Shown here: piece by piece, positions 9,861-19,323 of the stretch
Numbering within the stretch: the stretch's first letter is position 1
How the letters are laid out: every line of letters starts with the position of its first letter
DNA from: Alphaproteobacteria bacterium
Lineage (GTDB): Bacteria; Pseudomonadota; Alphaproteobacteria; CALKHQ01
Length of the DNA: 64,000 nucleotides
Reading direction: 5' to 3'
NCBI GenBank assembly: GCA_965227515.1
Contig: CBDDFZ010000001.1
Location: 768,001 to 832,000, forward strand
Made by a program: the position numbers and the translations under genes
The notes under the pieces: model-generated
What the model saw: the letters and a program-made list of their open reading frames with translations, nothing else
What the model was told of the DNA's origin: nothing
Databases searched by the model: none

Positions 9861-10805
9861 ATGCTGGTTCTGATCGTCAAACGCATCGGCGTAACACTGC
9901 TGACGATGTTGGTGGTGTCGATCCTGCTGTTCCTGATCTTCGAGCTCAGGGTCGACAATGTCGCGCTCAAGGTGCTCGGGCCGTACTCCACCGAAGAGCA
10001 GCGCTCGCTGTGGCTGGAGGCCAACGGCTACTACGACCCGTTGGTCGAGCGCTATCTGCGCTGGCTGGGCAATGCCCTGGTCGGCGACTTCGGCGAGTCC
10101 GTGCAGTTCAAGCGGCCGGTCAACGACCTGTTGTGGGACCGGCTCGGCAACACCGGTCTGCTCGGCGGCGTGGCGATGGCCGTCATCATCCCGCTCGCCC
10201 TATTCCTGGGCGTCATCGCCGGCATGCGCGAGGGCTCGATCCGCGACCGCACGATCTCGGTCACCTCGATCATCACCACCTCGATCCCCGAATTCGCCAG
10301 CGCGATGTTCCTGATCTCGATCTTCGCGGTGGCGCTGGCCGGCACCGGCTGGTCGCTGGACGGGGCGACCAACATGGCCGACGGCATCCAGTTCAGCGAG
10401 CTGATCCTGCCCGCCGCGGTGCTGATCCTGTATGACTTCGGCTATGTCGCGCGGATGACCCGGGCCTCGATGGCCGAGGTGATGACCACCCACTACATCC
10501 GCACCGCGGTGCTGAAGGGCCTGCCCTACCGCCGCATCATCACCAAGCACGCGCTACGCAACGCGCTGATCCCGCCGTTCACGGTGATCATGCTGCAGTT
10601 CAACTGGCTGTTGTCCGGCGTGATCGTGGTCGAGGTGGCGTTCGCCTACAAGGGCTTCGGCTTCCTGTTGCTGGAGGCAGCGACCAATGACGATATCTAC
10701 ATGATCCAGGCGTGCTCCATGGTCGCCGTGCTGGTCGCGGTCGCCACCCAGACCATCTCCGACATCGGCTACGGGTTCCTGAACCCGCGGATCAGGTTCT
10801 CCTGA
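9861..10805 (+). CDS. Peptide ABC permease (DppB-like)
   Basis: RYLRWLG..GDFGES; YIRTAVLKGL; HALRNALIP. Confidence 0.95.
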   Translation: MLVLIVKRIGVTLLTMLVVSILLFLIFELRVDNVALKVLGPYSTEEQRSLWLEANGYYDPLVERYLRWLGNALVGDFGESVQFKRPVNDLLWDRLGNTGLLGGVAMAVIIPLALFLGVIAGMREGSIRDRTISVTSIITTSIPEFASAMFLISIFAVALAGTGWSLDGATNMADGIQFSELILPAAVLILYDFGYVARMTRASMAEVMTTHYIRTAVLKGLPYRRIITKHALRNALIPPFTVIMLQFNWLLSGVIVVEVAFAYKGFGFLLLEAATNDDIYMIQACSMVAVLVAVATQTISDIGYGFLNPRIRFS

Positions 10806-12166
10806 TGAGCGCGGTCGCGGAATCGGCGCCGGCAGGGCGCAGCTTCGGGCAGGCTTTGATGGGCGCTTTGAGGTCGTTCGCGCTGTTGCGAGAGAGCAAG
10901 GTCGGCATGGTCGGCGTCGGCATCATCCTGCTGTGGATCGTGGTCGCGATCACGGCGGGGTGGATCGCGCCATATGACCCGAACCGGACCATCAATCGCG
11001 AGATGGTGCGGCCGTTCGAGACCGTGCCGGTCGACGTCGCGTCCTACCCGTCGATGATGGTGCGGGTCAGCGGCGTGCCCGACGACGTGTCGTTCTCGGA
11101 AGGCGAGCGCGAGGGCGGCGACTGGGTGGTCACCGGCTACGACATCCTCGACACCCGTATCGTCCTGCCGGAGGACGCGGAGGGGACGATCTCGTTCCCG
11201 GTCGAGGCCTGGGAGGTGTTCCGGGAGACCGACCAGGACGGCAATGAGATCGTCACCTTGGAGGACCTGACCTCCGGCACGCTGACCTATGACATTTCCG
11301 CCGCCATGGCCGAGCAGGAAGCGGACGACGCGGAGGACGTGTCGGACGCCTATGGCAACGCGTACGGGCAACAACAGCCGCAAGACGACAGCAATGACGT
11401 TTCGTCCGGCTATGGCAACGCGTACGGCCAGCAGCAGCAACAGGCGGAGCCGGAGGAGGAGGTGGGCCTGCCCATCGACCTGACCGAAGGACTGCCGGTC
11501 AGCTACGTGCTCGGCACCGACCATTCCGGCCGCGATATCTTCTCCCGCGTGCTCTATGGCTCACGTACGGTGCTGATGTACGCGCCGTTGGCCACCATCT
11601 GTGCGTACTTCGTCGGCATCCTGCTCGGGCTTGCCGCCGGCTACTACCGCGGCTGGGTGGATTCGGTGCTGTCGTTCATCGGCAACGTCATCCTGTCGTT
11701 CCCGGTGCTGGTGCTCTACATCGTCATCATCTCGATCATCGGGGCGTCCGGCTTCAACATCGTGCTGGCGGTCACCTTTGCCAGCGCGCCGGGCATATTG
11801 CGTATCGTGCGCGGCCTGGTGCTCGACCTGCGTAACCGCGAATACGTGGCGGCGGCCCAGACCCGCGGCGAGTCGAGTTGGTACATCATGCTGGTGGAAA
11901 TCCTGCCGAACGCGCGCGGGCCGCTGATCGTCGATGCCTGCCTGCGCATGGGCTACGTCACCATCACTATCGGCGTGCTCGGATTCCTGGGCCTCGGCCT
12001 GCCGCCGCCCGATCCCGACTGGGGCGGCATGGTGAACGACGCCCGCAACAACGGTGCGTTGACCAACATGCACACGGCGCTGTTCCCGTGCATCGCCATC
12101 TCGTCGCTGGTGCTGGGGCTGAACTTGCTGGCCGACGGCCTGCGCGAAGTATCCCTGAGGGACTAG
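10805..12166 (+). CDS. Peptide ABC permease (DppC-like) with a long acidic insertion
   Basis: APYDP...LGTDHSGRDIFSR; EYVAAAQTRGES; PDWGGMV; start overlaps dppB stop (TGATG). Confidence 0.9.
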   Translation: MSAVAESAPAGRSFGQALMGALRSFALLRESKVGMVGVGIILLWIVVAITAGWIAPYDPNRTINREMVRPFETVPVDVASYPSMMVRVSGVPDDVSFSEGEREGGDWVVTGYDILDTRIVLPEDAEGTISFPVEAWEVFRETDQDGNEIVTLEDLTSGTLTYDISAAMAEQEADDAEDVSDAYGNAYGQQQPQDDSNDVSSGYGNAYGQQQQQAEPEEEVGLPIDLTEGLPVSYVLGTDHSGRDIFSRVLYGSRTVLMYAPLATICAYFVGILLGLAAGYYRGWVDSVLSFIGNVILSFPVLVLYIVIISIIGASGFNIVLAVTFASAPGILRIVRGLVLDLRNREYVAAAQTRGESSWYIMLVEILPNARGPLIVDACLRMGYVTITIGVLGFLGLGLPPPDPDWGGMVNDARNNGALTNMHTALFPCIAISSLVLGLNLLADGLREVSLRD

Positions 12167-12169
12167 CCC

Positions 12170-14320
12170 ATGAGCAGCAACGGCCACGACACCAACACCG
12201 CCCGGGCTGGCCTCGACGCCGACGCCCCGCTGCTGGAGATCGAGAACCTGTCGATTTCCTACTTCACCCGCGCGGGCGAAGTGCCGGCGGTGATCGACTT
12301 CAACCTGACGCTGCAGGCCGGTGAGGCTGTCGGCTTGGTCGGGGAGTCCGGTTGCGGCAAGTCCACCGTCGCGATGGCGGTGATGCAGTACCTGGGCGGC
12401 AACGGCAAGATCGTCGGCGGGTCGGTCCGCTATAAGGGCCGCGACATGACCCAGATGGGCGAGGAGGAGCTGCGGCGCATCCGTGGTGCCGACATCGCCA
12501 TGGTCTACCAGGAGCCGATGGCGTCCCTGAACCCGTCGATGCTGATCGGCATGCAGCTGATGGAAGTGCCGATCTTCCATGAGGGTGTCAGCCGGGAGGA
12601 GGCCGGGGAGCGGGCGCGGGAAATCCTGGCTAGCGTGCACCTGCCGGACCCGGACCGGGTGATGAAGTCCTACCCGCACCAGATCTCCGGCGGACAGCAG
12701 CAGCGCGTGGTGATCGCGATGGCGCTGCTCTCCAACCCGTCGCTGCTGCTGCTGGACGAGCCGACCACGGCGCTGGACGTGACGGTGGAGGCCGGCATCG
12801 TCGAGCTGATCGCAGAGATCAGCGAGAAGTTCGGCACCGGCATGCTCTACATCTCGCACAATCTGGGGCTGATCCGCGAAACCTGCGACCGCATCTGCGT
12901 GATGTACTCCGGCCAGGCGGTGGAAACCGGCGACATCGCCACGGTCTTCAACAAGCCGACCCACCCCTACACCAACGGGCTGTTCGGCTGCATCGCGCTG
13001 CCCAGCGCCGACCGGTTCGCGCGCCCGCTGACGCCGATCCGGGGCAACCTGCCGCTGCCGCACCAGCGCCCGAAGGGCTGTTATTTCGGGCCGCGCTGCG
13101 ACTTCTTCCAGGCCGGCCGCTGCGACGGCGACCTGATCCCGATGTATGGCGTCGACAACACGGATGAGCACCAGGTGCGCTGCGTGCGCTGGGACGAGAT
13201 CGACTGGGACACCTACACCCCCGACGTGGAGCCGTTCGAGCGCCAGGACGCCGGCGAGGAGGTGCTGAAGGTCGACGCGATGTCGAAGTACTACCAGGTC
13301 AACAAGTCGGGCTTCGGCGCGTTGATCGGCGGCGGCGAGGTGCGCGAGGTCAAGGCCAATGAGAGCCTGACCTTCACCGCGCGCGAGGGCGAGACGGTGG
13401 CGATCGTCGGCGAGTCCGGCTGCGGCAAGTCCACCTTCGCCAAGGTGCTGATGGGCCTGGAGACCGCGACAGGCGGCGAGCTCATCTTCATGGGCACCGA
13501 CATCGCCGAGGTCGAGGTAGAGGATCGGTCGCGCGAGCAGATCGGCTCGCTGCAGATGGTGTTCCAGAACCCGTTCGACACGCTGAACCCCAGCCAGACC
13601 GTGGGCAGCCAGATCAGCCGGGTGATCCGCAAGTTCGGCGTCGAGAGCGACCCGCGCAAGGTGCGCCAGCGCATGCTGGAGCTGCTCGACCTGGTGAAGT
13701 TGCCGCGCGCGTTCGCAAAGCGGCGGCCGCGCCAGCTCTCCGGCGGCCAGAAGCAGCGCGTCGGCATCGCGCGCGCGTTCGCCGGCGAGCCGAAGACGGT
13801 GATCGCCGACGAGCCGGTCTCAGCCCTCGACGTGTCGGTGGCCGCCGCCGTCACCGGGCTGCTGCTCGACCTGCAGCGGCGCAACCGCACGACGCTGCTG
13901 TTCATCAGCCACGATCTGGGCGTGGTGCGCTATCTCGCCGACCGCATCGTGGTGATGTACCTCGGCAAGATCATGGAGCAGGGCACGGCCGACGAGATCT
14001 TCTCGCCGCCCTACCACCCCTACACCGAGGCGCTGCTGTCGGCGGTGCCGGTGGCAGATACCAGCGTCGACAAGCGCAAGATCATTCTGGAAGGCAACAT
14101 GCCGAGCCCAGTGAACCCGCCGTCGGGCTGCGTGTTCCGCACGCGCTGCCCGCGCAATCTGGGCGCGATCTGCGAGGAAGAGGTGCCGCCAGTGCAGGAG
14201 CCGACGCCGGGCCACAAGATCGCCTGCCACATCCCGCTCGAAGAGCTGCGAGAGACCGACCCGGTGTTCAAGATCCTCGACGCCAAGGAAGGCCTGGCGG
14301 CGGGAGAGACGCGGGTTTAG
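12170..14320 (+). CDS. Fused DppD/DppF dual ABC ATPase
   Basis: Two GESGCGKST Walker A motifs, two SGGQ signatures, two HPYT/Cys-rich C-terminal domains. Confidence 0.95.
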   Translation: MSSNGHDTNTARAGLDADAPLLEIENLSISYFTRAGEVPAVIDFNLTLQAGEAVGLVGESGCGKSTVAMAVMQYLGGNGKIVGGSVRYKGRDMTQMGEEELRRIRGADIAMVYQEPMASLNPSMLIGMQLMEVPIFHEGVSREEAGERAREILASVHLPDPDRVMKSYPHQISGGQQQRVVIAMALLSNPSLLLLDEPTTALDVTVEAGIVELIAEISEKFGTGMLYISHNLGLIRETCDRICVMYSGQAVETGDIATVFNKPTHPYTNGLFGCIALPSADRFARPLTPIRGNLPLPHQRPKGCYFGPRCDFFQAGRCDGDLIPMYGVDNTDEHQVRCVRWDEIDWDTYTPDVEPFERQDAGEEVLKVDAMSKYYQVNKSGFGALIGGGEVREVKANESLTFTAREGETVAIVGESGCGKSTFAKVLMGLETATGGELIFMGTDIAEVEVEDRSREQIGSLQMVFQNPFDTLNPSQTVGSQISRVIRKFGVESDPRKVRQRMLELLDLVKLPRAFAKRRPRQLSGGQKQRVGIARAFAGEPKTVIADEPVSALDVSVAAAVTGLLLDLQRRNRTTLLFISHDLGVVRYLADRIVVMYLGKIMEQGTADEIFSPPYHPYTEALLSAVPVADTSVDKRKIILEGNMPSPVNPPSGCVFRTRCPRNLGAICEEEVPPVQEPTPGHKIACHIPLEELRETDPVFKILDAKEGLAAGETRV

Positions 14321-14705
14321 GGGAACGCCATCGCGTTCCAAGCGATCAGTAACGTGCTTGAATTTCTCGAAGAGCATCCAAAGACCAGACTGTTGTGTGC
14401 ACGTTTCCGACCCTAATATTGTGTCGTCCATATCTAGTTGGAGACGGTCAATGCCCTGGCCGAATTATTGGTGCTCTGGTTACAATAGTTCATAGTATAG
14501 TGGGCTGGTTGATCGACTAAAGTATATGCGAATAGATCCCAAATCTAATATTTGATGTTCCGCAAAAAAATGAAAAACGCAGAACGAGCCAGCTCATTCG
14601 CAGAAGTAGAACACAATATTCGCCAAAGTGGATGGAGTAGAACTCCTATTTATTCGCAACGACCTCGATATTTAGCTATACTGCATATGATGCTTTGTTC
14701 ATTAT

Positions 14706-15131
14706 TTAATGAGCAAGACTCATTAGTTTGATGAATCCCGCTTCAAGATCCACGCCTAGCGCATCTTGATAGTTTTGCTGGGCCTGATCAACAAATCGCG
14801 CGCCTGGCGTCTTGATGTCGCGCCACAAACCACCTAGGTCCGAGGGGAAATATTCCAAGGTAATGCCTGCGATAAACGCAGTGTAGTATGCAGAAAAGTA
14901 GTCACCGCGCTCAATGTGTCCGGCTATCTGATCAACCATCATTTCCTCAAATACTGCCCTGGTTTCCCGGATGATATCTCTCGGAGGGAGTATATTTGGA
15001 TCAGCAAAATTGTCGTCAATGATCGACTTGCCATCATTGATTGCGAGCGGTTCGTCAGCGTGGACATTCTCGACTGAAAGGCAGGCGGTGAATAATACAA
15101 CAACCACACTCATAGAATGCAAAATTCTCAT
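14706..15131 (-). CDS. Hypothetical exported protein (low-GC islet)
   Basis: ORF with signal peptide, coupled to upstream ORF (ATGA overlap), GGAG RBS. Confidence 0.6.
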   Translation of the reverse strand: MRILHSMSVVVVLFTACLSVENVHADEPLAINDGKSIIDDNFADPNILPPRDIIRETRAVFEEMMVDQIAGHIERGDYFSAYYTAFIAGITLEYFPSDLGGLWRDIKTPGARFVDQAQQNYQDALGVDLEAGFIKLMSLAH

Positions 15132-15508
15132 GACTGATCTCCTGTCGTCGCTATATATGCAGTGTGGTGTGTTTCAATTAGTTCCCGTGCCTTCTCAAGC
15201 AAGTGAGCCCGCAACGCCGGCCTTACCCCTGCCCGCAATGAAGACCAACCGCCATTCCTTTTTACTTGCGTCTCAACCATAGCTAAGTACGCAGTAATCG
15301 CTGCGCCACAGCTCTGGAAAGCGCTATCGATGGCTGAATCTATATGTTGCCCGTCCGCTACATGATGTGCGGCCCCAAACTCTGCACAGACAATAAAATC
15401 TCGAAAGCGACTTTCTAGAGAATTTGTGCCTGAGGTGCTCGATCCACTGGAGGCAACGCAGCCCGCTAGAAAGACGACCAAAGCTAGTATGCCAATTCTG
15501 TGATGCAT
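15128..15508 (-). CDS. Hypothetical lipoprotein (low-GC islet)
   Basis: Lipobox LAGC followed by a Ser-rich linker; GAGG RBS. Confidence 0.6.
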   Translation of the reverse strand: MHHRIGILALVVFLAGCVASSGSSTSGTNSLESRFRDFIVCAEFGAAHHVADGQHIDSAIDSAFQSCGAAITAYLAMVETQVKRNGGWSSLRAGVRPALRAHLLEKARELIETHHTAYIATTGDQS

Positions 15509-15734
15509 AAATCTGCCTCGTTCACCTCTGCTTCGATACAATTTTTTTCTATCACGCCGTCTGGTTGGTGGCAATTATTCCAATTGGGGGTTTATGGAAA
15601 TGTTAGTCACAACAGCAAGCGTAGATGGGCTAACGGCCCTCGTTTGGTGGCTTGCATGAGTGGTCGTCCCTCAAGATGTCGGTGTCATACACGGAGTCGG
15701 GTTTGCCGCTCCAAGACATCGAGGAGAGACGACC

Positions 15735-16778
15735 ATGAACTACTATGCCGGGATTGACGTTTCTTTGGAATGGTCATCGGTGTGCGTTGTTGACGGCGCG
15801 GGCGGGATTGTCTGCGAGGCTCGTATTGCGAGCACGCCGGCGGGTTTGTTGTTGTGGTTTGGGTCTTTGGGGATTTCGGTTGAGCGGATTGGTCTTGAGG
15901 CGGGGCCGTTGTCGCAATGGCTTGTGCGGGAGTGCGCGCAGGGCGGTCTTTCGGTTGAGTTGCTGGAGACGCGTCATGTTGCGCGGGCCCTTTCGACGAT
16001 GCCGGTGAAGTCGGACCGCTCGGACGCACGCGGGATTGCTCAGCTGATGCGTGTGGGCTGGTTTCGTCCGGTTCACTGCAAGTCTTTGGCGGCCCAGGAG
16101 ATGCGGGCCCTTTTGAAGGGTCGCGACCAGCTCCGCGCGAAGCTGCACGATCTTGAGATGCACCTTCGTGGTCAGCTGCGGAACTTCGGGCTGAAGGTAG
16201 GGCACACCACCAGGCGCAGCTTTTCGACACGTATTTCGGAGCTTGTGGCGGGGCATCCGGTACTGGAGGCGGTGGCGGGGGCGCTGCTGTCGGCACGCGA
16301 TGGCCTGTTGCTATCGTTCACGGCGCTGGACCGGCAGGTCCGAGCGGCATCGCAGGCGGACGATCGCGCTCGCCTGCTGATGACGGTGCCGGGCGTGGGG
16401 AGCATTGTCGGACTGACCTACTTGTCGGGAGTGGACGACCCCGGGCGGTTTGCCTCGTCGCGCCTGGTGGGGGCGCACTTCGGCCTGACGCCGACCAAGC
16501 GCCAGTCGGGCGAGAGCGAGATGACGGGGCGGATCTCGAAGGTGGGCGATGCGGACGTGCGTGCAGCGCTTTACGAGGCGGCGCACGTAATCCTGACCCG
16601 GCCGATCAAGGGCGGGTGGTTGAAGAGCTGGGCGATGAAGCTGGCCAGGCGAGCCGGCATGAGGAAGGCGAAGGTCGCGCTGGCGCGCCGGCTGGCCGTG
16701 ATCATGCACCGGATGTGGGTTGACGGCACCGCGTTCAACCATGCCGGACCGGTGCGCCCGGCGATGGCAGCGGCCTAA
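15735..16778 (+). CDS. IS110-family DEDD recombinase/transposase
   Basis: GIDVS, GLEAG, KSDRSDA (DEDD); VPGVG; QSGES catalytic Ser; ALARRLA. Confidence 0.96.
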   Translation: MNYYAGIDVSLEWSSVCVVDGAGGIVCEARIASTPAGLLLWFGSLGISVERIGLEAGPLSQWLVRECAQGGLSVELLETRHVARALSTMPVKSDRSDARGIAQLMRVGWFRPVHCKSLAAQEMRALLKGRDQLRAKLHDLEMHLRGQLRNFGLKVGHTTRRSFSTRISELVAGHPVLEAVAGALLSARDGLLLSFTALDRQVRAASQADDRARLLMTVPGVGSIVGLTYLSGVDDPGRFASSRLVGAHFGLTPTKRQSGESEMTGRISKVGDADVRAALYEAAHVILTRPIKGGWLKSWAMKLARRAGMRKAKVALARRLAVIMHRMWVDGTAFNHAGPVRPAMAAA

Positions 16779-16849
16779 TGGCAAAGACGACCGCCGCATA
16801 GGGAGAACCAGCACACGAGCTTCGGCGGGCGCAGACACCGGCCCGTCAA

Positions 16850-17015
16850 GCGCCGTCCCGCGCCGGGACGATGGATCAGGTCAGGCCGCCATCCAGGATG
16901 TCGCCTCGCACGAGAGCACGCTTCCGTAGATTGGACCGACCGATCCTCGCATATCCATCTTGGTGGCGGCCGTGCGCCGACCCCGTACAGAAGCATGACC
17001 CAGGCGCCGGGACGA
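16850..17015 (+). ncRNA. Predicted bridge RNA / seekRNA of IS copy 1 (boundaries approximate)
   Basis: 5' hairpin 16854-16870; target-matching 16889-16897 and 16924-16929; donor-matching 16955-16961 and 16986-16993, each pair flanking an inner hairpin. Confidence 0.75.
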
Positions 17016-17053
17016 CGAAAAAGGGATTGACCAACAATGGCCCGTTACAGAAG

Positions 17054-17106
17054 CCTGGGTGAAACGAAGCGGAACCCGGGTTTCACTGCGTTCCACCCGG
17101 GTTACG
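17054..17106. repeat. GTAG-type REP dyad interrupted by IS copy 1
   Basis: Rejoined site cgtagcctgggtgaaacgaagcggaacccggg...ccacccgggttacg matches 59171-59258. Confidence 0.88.
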
Positions 17107-17118
17107 AGAGCTTGCCGC

Positions 17119-17973
17119 CTACAACGACCGCAAATACGCAATCAACGCCGCCATGTCCTCGTCGGTCATGTTGGCGTAGGCGTAGGTGCCCATCGGCGGC
17201 AGCAGCTGCGAGCCGTCGGGCCGCACGCCGGTGGTGATGATCTGGACCAGCTCCTCGTCTGAATAGCGCTCCAGGGCCGCTCCGGTGATCGGCGGCGAGA
17301 CGCTGACGCCCCACGGGCCGTGGAACGGGAAGCCGCCCTGGTTCAGCGCGTTCTCCAGGTCGGGCGCGCCCATTGGGCCGGGCGACGAGTGGCACTCGGT
17401 GCAGTGGCCGAGCGGGCCTGCCAGGTATTCGCCATACGCCAACTGATCGGCTGGGTCGACGTCGGCCACGCTGTCGATCGGCGGGCCGTAGGCGGGCGGC
17501 AGTGGCACGTGGTACTCGGACGGCTGCACCTCGTTCTCCACCGCCGGCACTTGCCTGAGATAGGCGATGATCGCGTCGACATCGTTGTCGGAAAGCCCGC
17601 GATAGACCTGGCACGGCATCGGCGGGCCGATGATGGCCCCGTCCGGCCGCAGGCACTCGCGGATGGCGCGCGCGATATCCTCGTCGCTCCAGGTCCCGAT
17701 GCCGGTTCCCTCGTCGGGCGTGATGTTCGGCGTGAAGACCATGAACACGCCGGGTTCCTCGATCGGCAGGCCGCCGGCCAGTTCCATGCCGGGGATCAGC
17801 CCGTCCTGGTTTTGCGGCGTGTGGCAGTTGCCGCAATTGACGATGGACTGCATCAGGTAGGTGCCGCGCTCCAGCGGCGTTTGCCCGGTCGCCACGGACG
17901 CGCCGGTCGCCAGGCACAAAAAAACGGCCGCGGCAGATGCGCCACGAACCGTCCACTTCCCACCGAACTGCAT
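17119..17973 (-). CDS. Di-heme cytochrome c (start uncertain)
   Basis: CGNCH and CTECH motifs; PNITPD..TGIG.WS; signal peptide. Confidence 0.9.
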   Translation of the reverse strand: MQFGGKWTVRGASAAAVFLCLATGASVATGQTPLERGTYLMQSIVNCGNCHTPQNQDGLIPGMELAGGLPIEEPGVFMVFTPNITPDEGTGIGTWSDEDIARAIRECLRPDGAIIGPPMPCQVYRGLSDNDVDAIIAYLRQVPAVENEVQPSEYHVPLPPAYGPPIDSVADVDPADQLAYGEYLAGPLGHCTECHSSPGPMGAPDLENALNQGGFPFHGPWGVSVSPPITGAALERYSDEELVQIITTGVRPDGSQLLPPMGTYAYANMTDEDMAALIAYLRSL

Positions 17974-18070
17974 TGAACCCTCCCCAATTTATTTTGTTCG
18001 ATTTCGCGCCATTCGCGGGCGCCACGCAAGGGAAATATTTTGATGTTCGTGTCCGGCGCGGTCCCGGGCG

Positions 18071-18436
18071 TCACGCGGTGCCGGGCCCCGGTTGCCACAG
18101 TTCGATCGGGTTGCCTTCGGGATCGTGGATGCGGGCGAAACGGCCGATCTCGACACTGTCCCATTCGGCGCGGGTCTCGACCGCGATGCCGGCGGCTTCA
18201 AACTGGGCGATCATCGCGTCCAGGTCGTCGACGCGGAAGTTGATCATCCATTGCTGCTCGGCCCGGCCGAAATAGTCGGTGTCCCGGTCGAACGGCGCGA
18301 ACACGGTGGTGCCGGCCTGCTGCTGCCAAGGCGGCACGCCGGCGTCGACGCCCAGGTGGTCCTTGTACCATTGCACCAGCGCGTCCGGGTCGCGCGCGCG
18401 AAAGAACACCCCGCCGATCCCGTTCACCTTCTGCAT
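18071..18436 (-). CDS. VOC/glyoxalase family protein
   Basis: GIGGVFFRARDP..WY..HLG; NFRVDDLD; DPEGNPIELW. Confidence 0.9.
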   Translation of the reverse strand: MQKVNGIGGVFFRARDPDALVQWYKDHLGVDAGVPPWQQQAGTTVFAPFDRDTDYFGRAEQQWMINFRVDDLDAMIAQFEAAGIAVETRAEWDSVEIGRFARIHDPEGNPIELWQPGPGTA

Positions 18437-18522
18437 GACGTTGTCCCTCTTGGTCGCGGAGACTCTACCTTGTCGTGAGATTGCACTTGATTGCCGGCCA
18501 CGCCACAACGACATTAGACAAT

Positions 18523-18539
18523 ATGGACGATTTGTCCAT
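18523..18539. promoter_or_regulatory. Putative toxin-antitoxin operator palindrome ATGGAC-N5-GTCCAT
   Basis: Inverted repeat about 25 bp upstream of the antitoxin start. Confidence 0.55.
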
Positions 18540-18563
18540 TCCAGGATCAGGGGAGTCACGAAG

Positions 18564-18815
18564 ATGCGCACGATGTCTGCCACGGAAGCCAAACAGGCGT
18601 TCGGGCGTGCATTGGATATCGCCCAGCGGGAGCCGGTGGTGATCCGCAAGCAGAACCGCGACGTCGCCGTTCTGGTGTCCGCGCAAGACTATCAAGAACT
18701 GCGCAGGGCGCGCATTGCAGAGCTGGAGGCGCTTTGCGACGACATTGCCGCGGATGTGGCGCGCAAAGGGATGACGGAAGAACTGTATGCAGAGCTGATG
18801 AAGGATGTCGATTGA
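18564..18815 (+). CDS. Phd/YefM-family antitoxin
   Basis: MSATEAKQAFGRALD.AQREPVVIRKQNRDVAVLVS. Confidence 0.9.
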   Translation: MRTMSATEAKQAFGRALDIAQREPVVIRKQNRDVAVLVSAQDYQELRRARIAELEALCDDIAADVARKGMTEELYAELMKDVD

Positions 18816-19221
18816 GCGGGTGGTTCTGGATACCAACGTTCTGGTCAGCCGCCTCATCAAGCCGTCATCGGGCGCCGGCCAAGCTGTCTCGCTGGCGTTC
18901 AGACGGCACCTGGTCCTGACATCGGAAGCGCTCCTGTTCGAGATTGTCGATGTCCTCAGCAGGCCCAAATTCGCTTCGACCATCGAGGTGCCCGCCGCAC
19001 GGGCCCTGATACGCGCATTGGCAGGTGCGACCGAGCGCATTGCGATCAGCACCGATGTCGACGTCTGCCGCGACCCCAAGGACAACCATGTGCTTGCTCT
19101 GGCGCTGGATGGCATGGCGAGTGTCGTCATTACCGGCGACAGCGACCTGCTGGCTTTGCATCCGTTCAGAGGCATTCCAATTGTCACGCCGCGGCATTTC
19201 CTGGAATTGGACGCCGGCTGA
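18805..19221 (+). CDS. PIN-domain (VapC-like) toxin
   Basis: VVLDTNVLVS; CRDPKDN; ITGDSDLL; overlaps antitoxin. Confidence 0.9.
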   Translation: MSIERVVLDTNVLVSRLIKPSSGAGQAVSLAFRRHLVLTSEALLFEIVDVLSRPKFASTIEVPAARALIRALAGATERIAISTDVDVCRDPKDNHVLALALDGMASVVITGDSDLLALHPFRGIPIVTPRHFLELDAG

Positions 19222-19323
19222 CCCTGCCCTCCACACGGCACGGCACGACCCCGTCCCGCCAACACACTGTCGCCGCATTTGCCGCCAACCGTGCCGCCAT
19301 CAACGATTTGCGGAGGTGTGGCG

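Larger units (their letters stand above)
15623..17053 (+). mobile_element. IS110-family (IS1111-like) element, copy 1, inserted in a REP arm; AG core at both ends
   Basis: Boundaries from alignment with copy 2: cgt[AG]atgggc...ttacaga[AG]cctggg; imperfect subterminal IRs; long 3' noncoding end. Confidence 0.93.
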
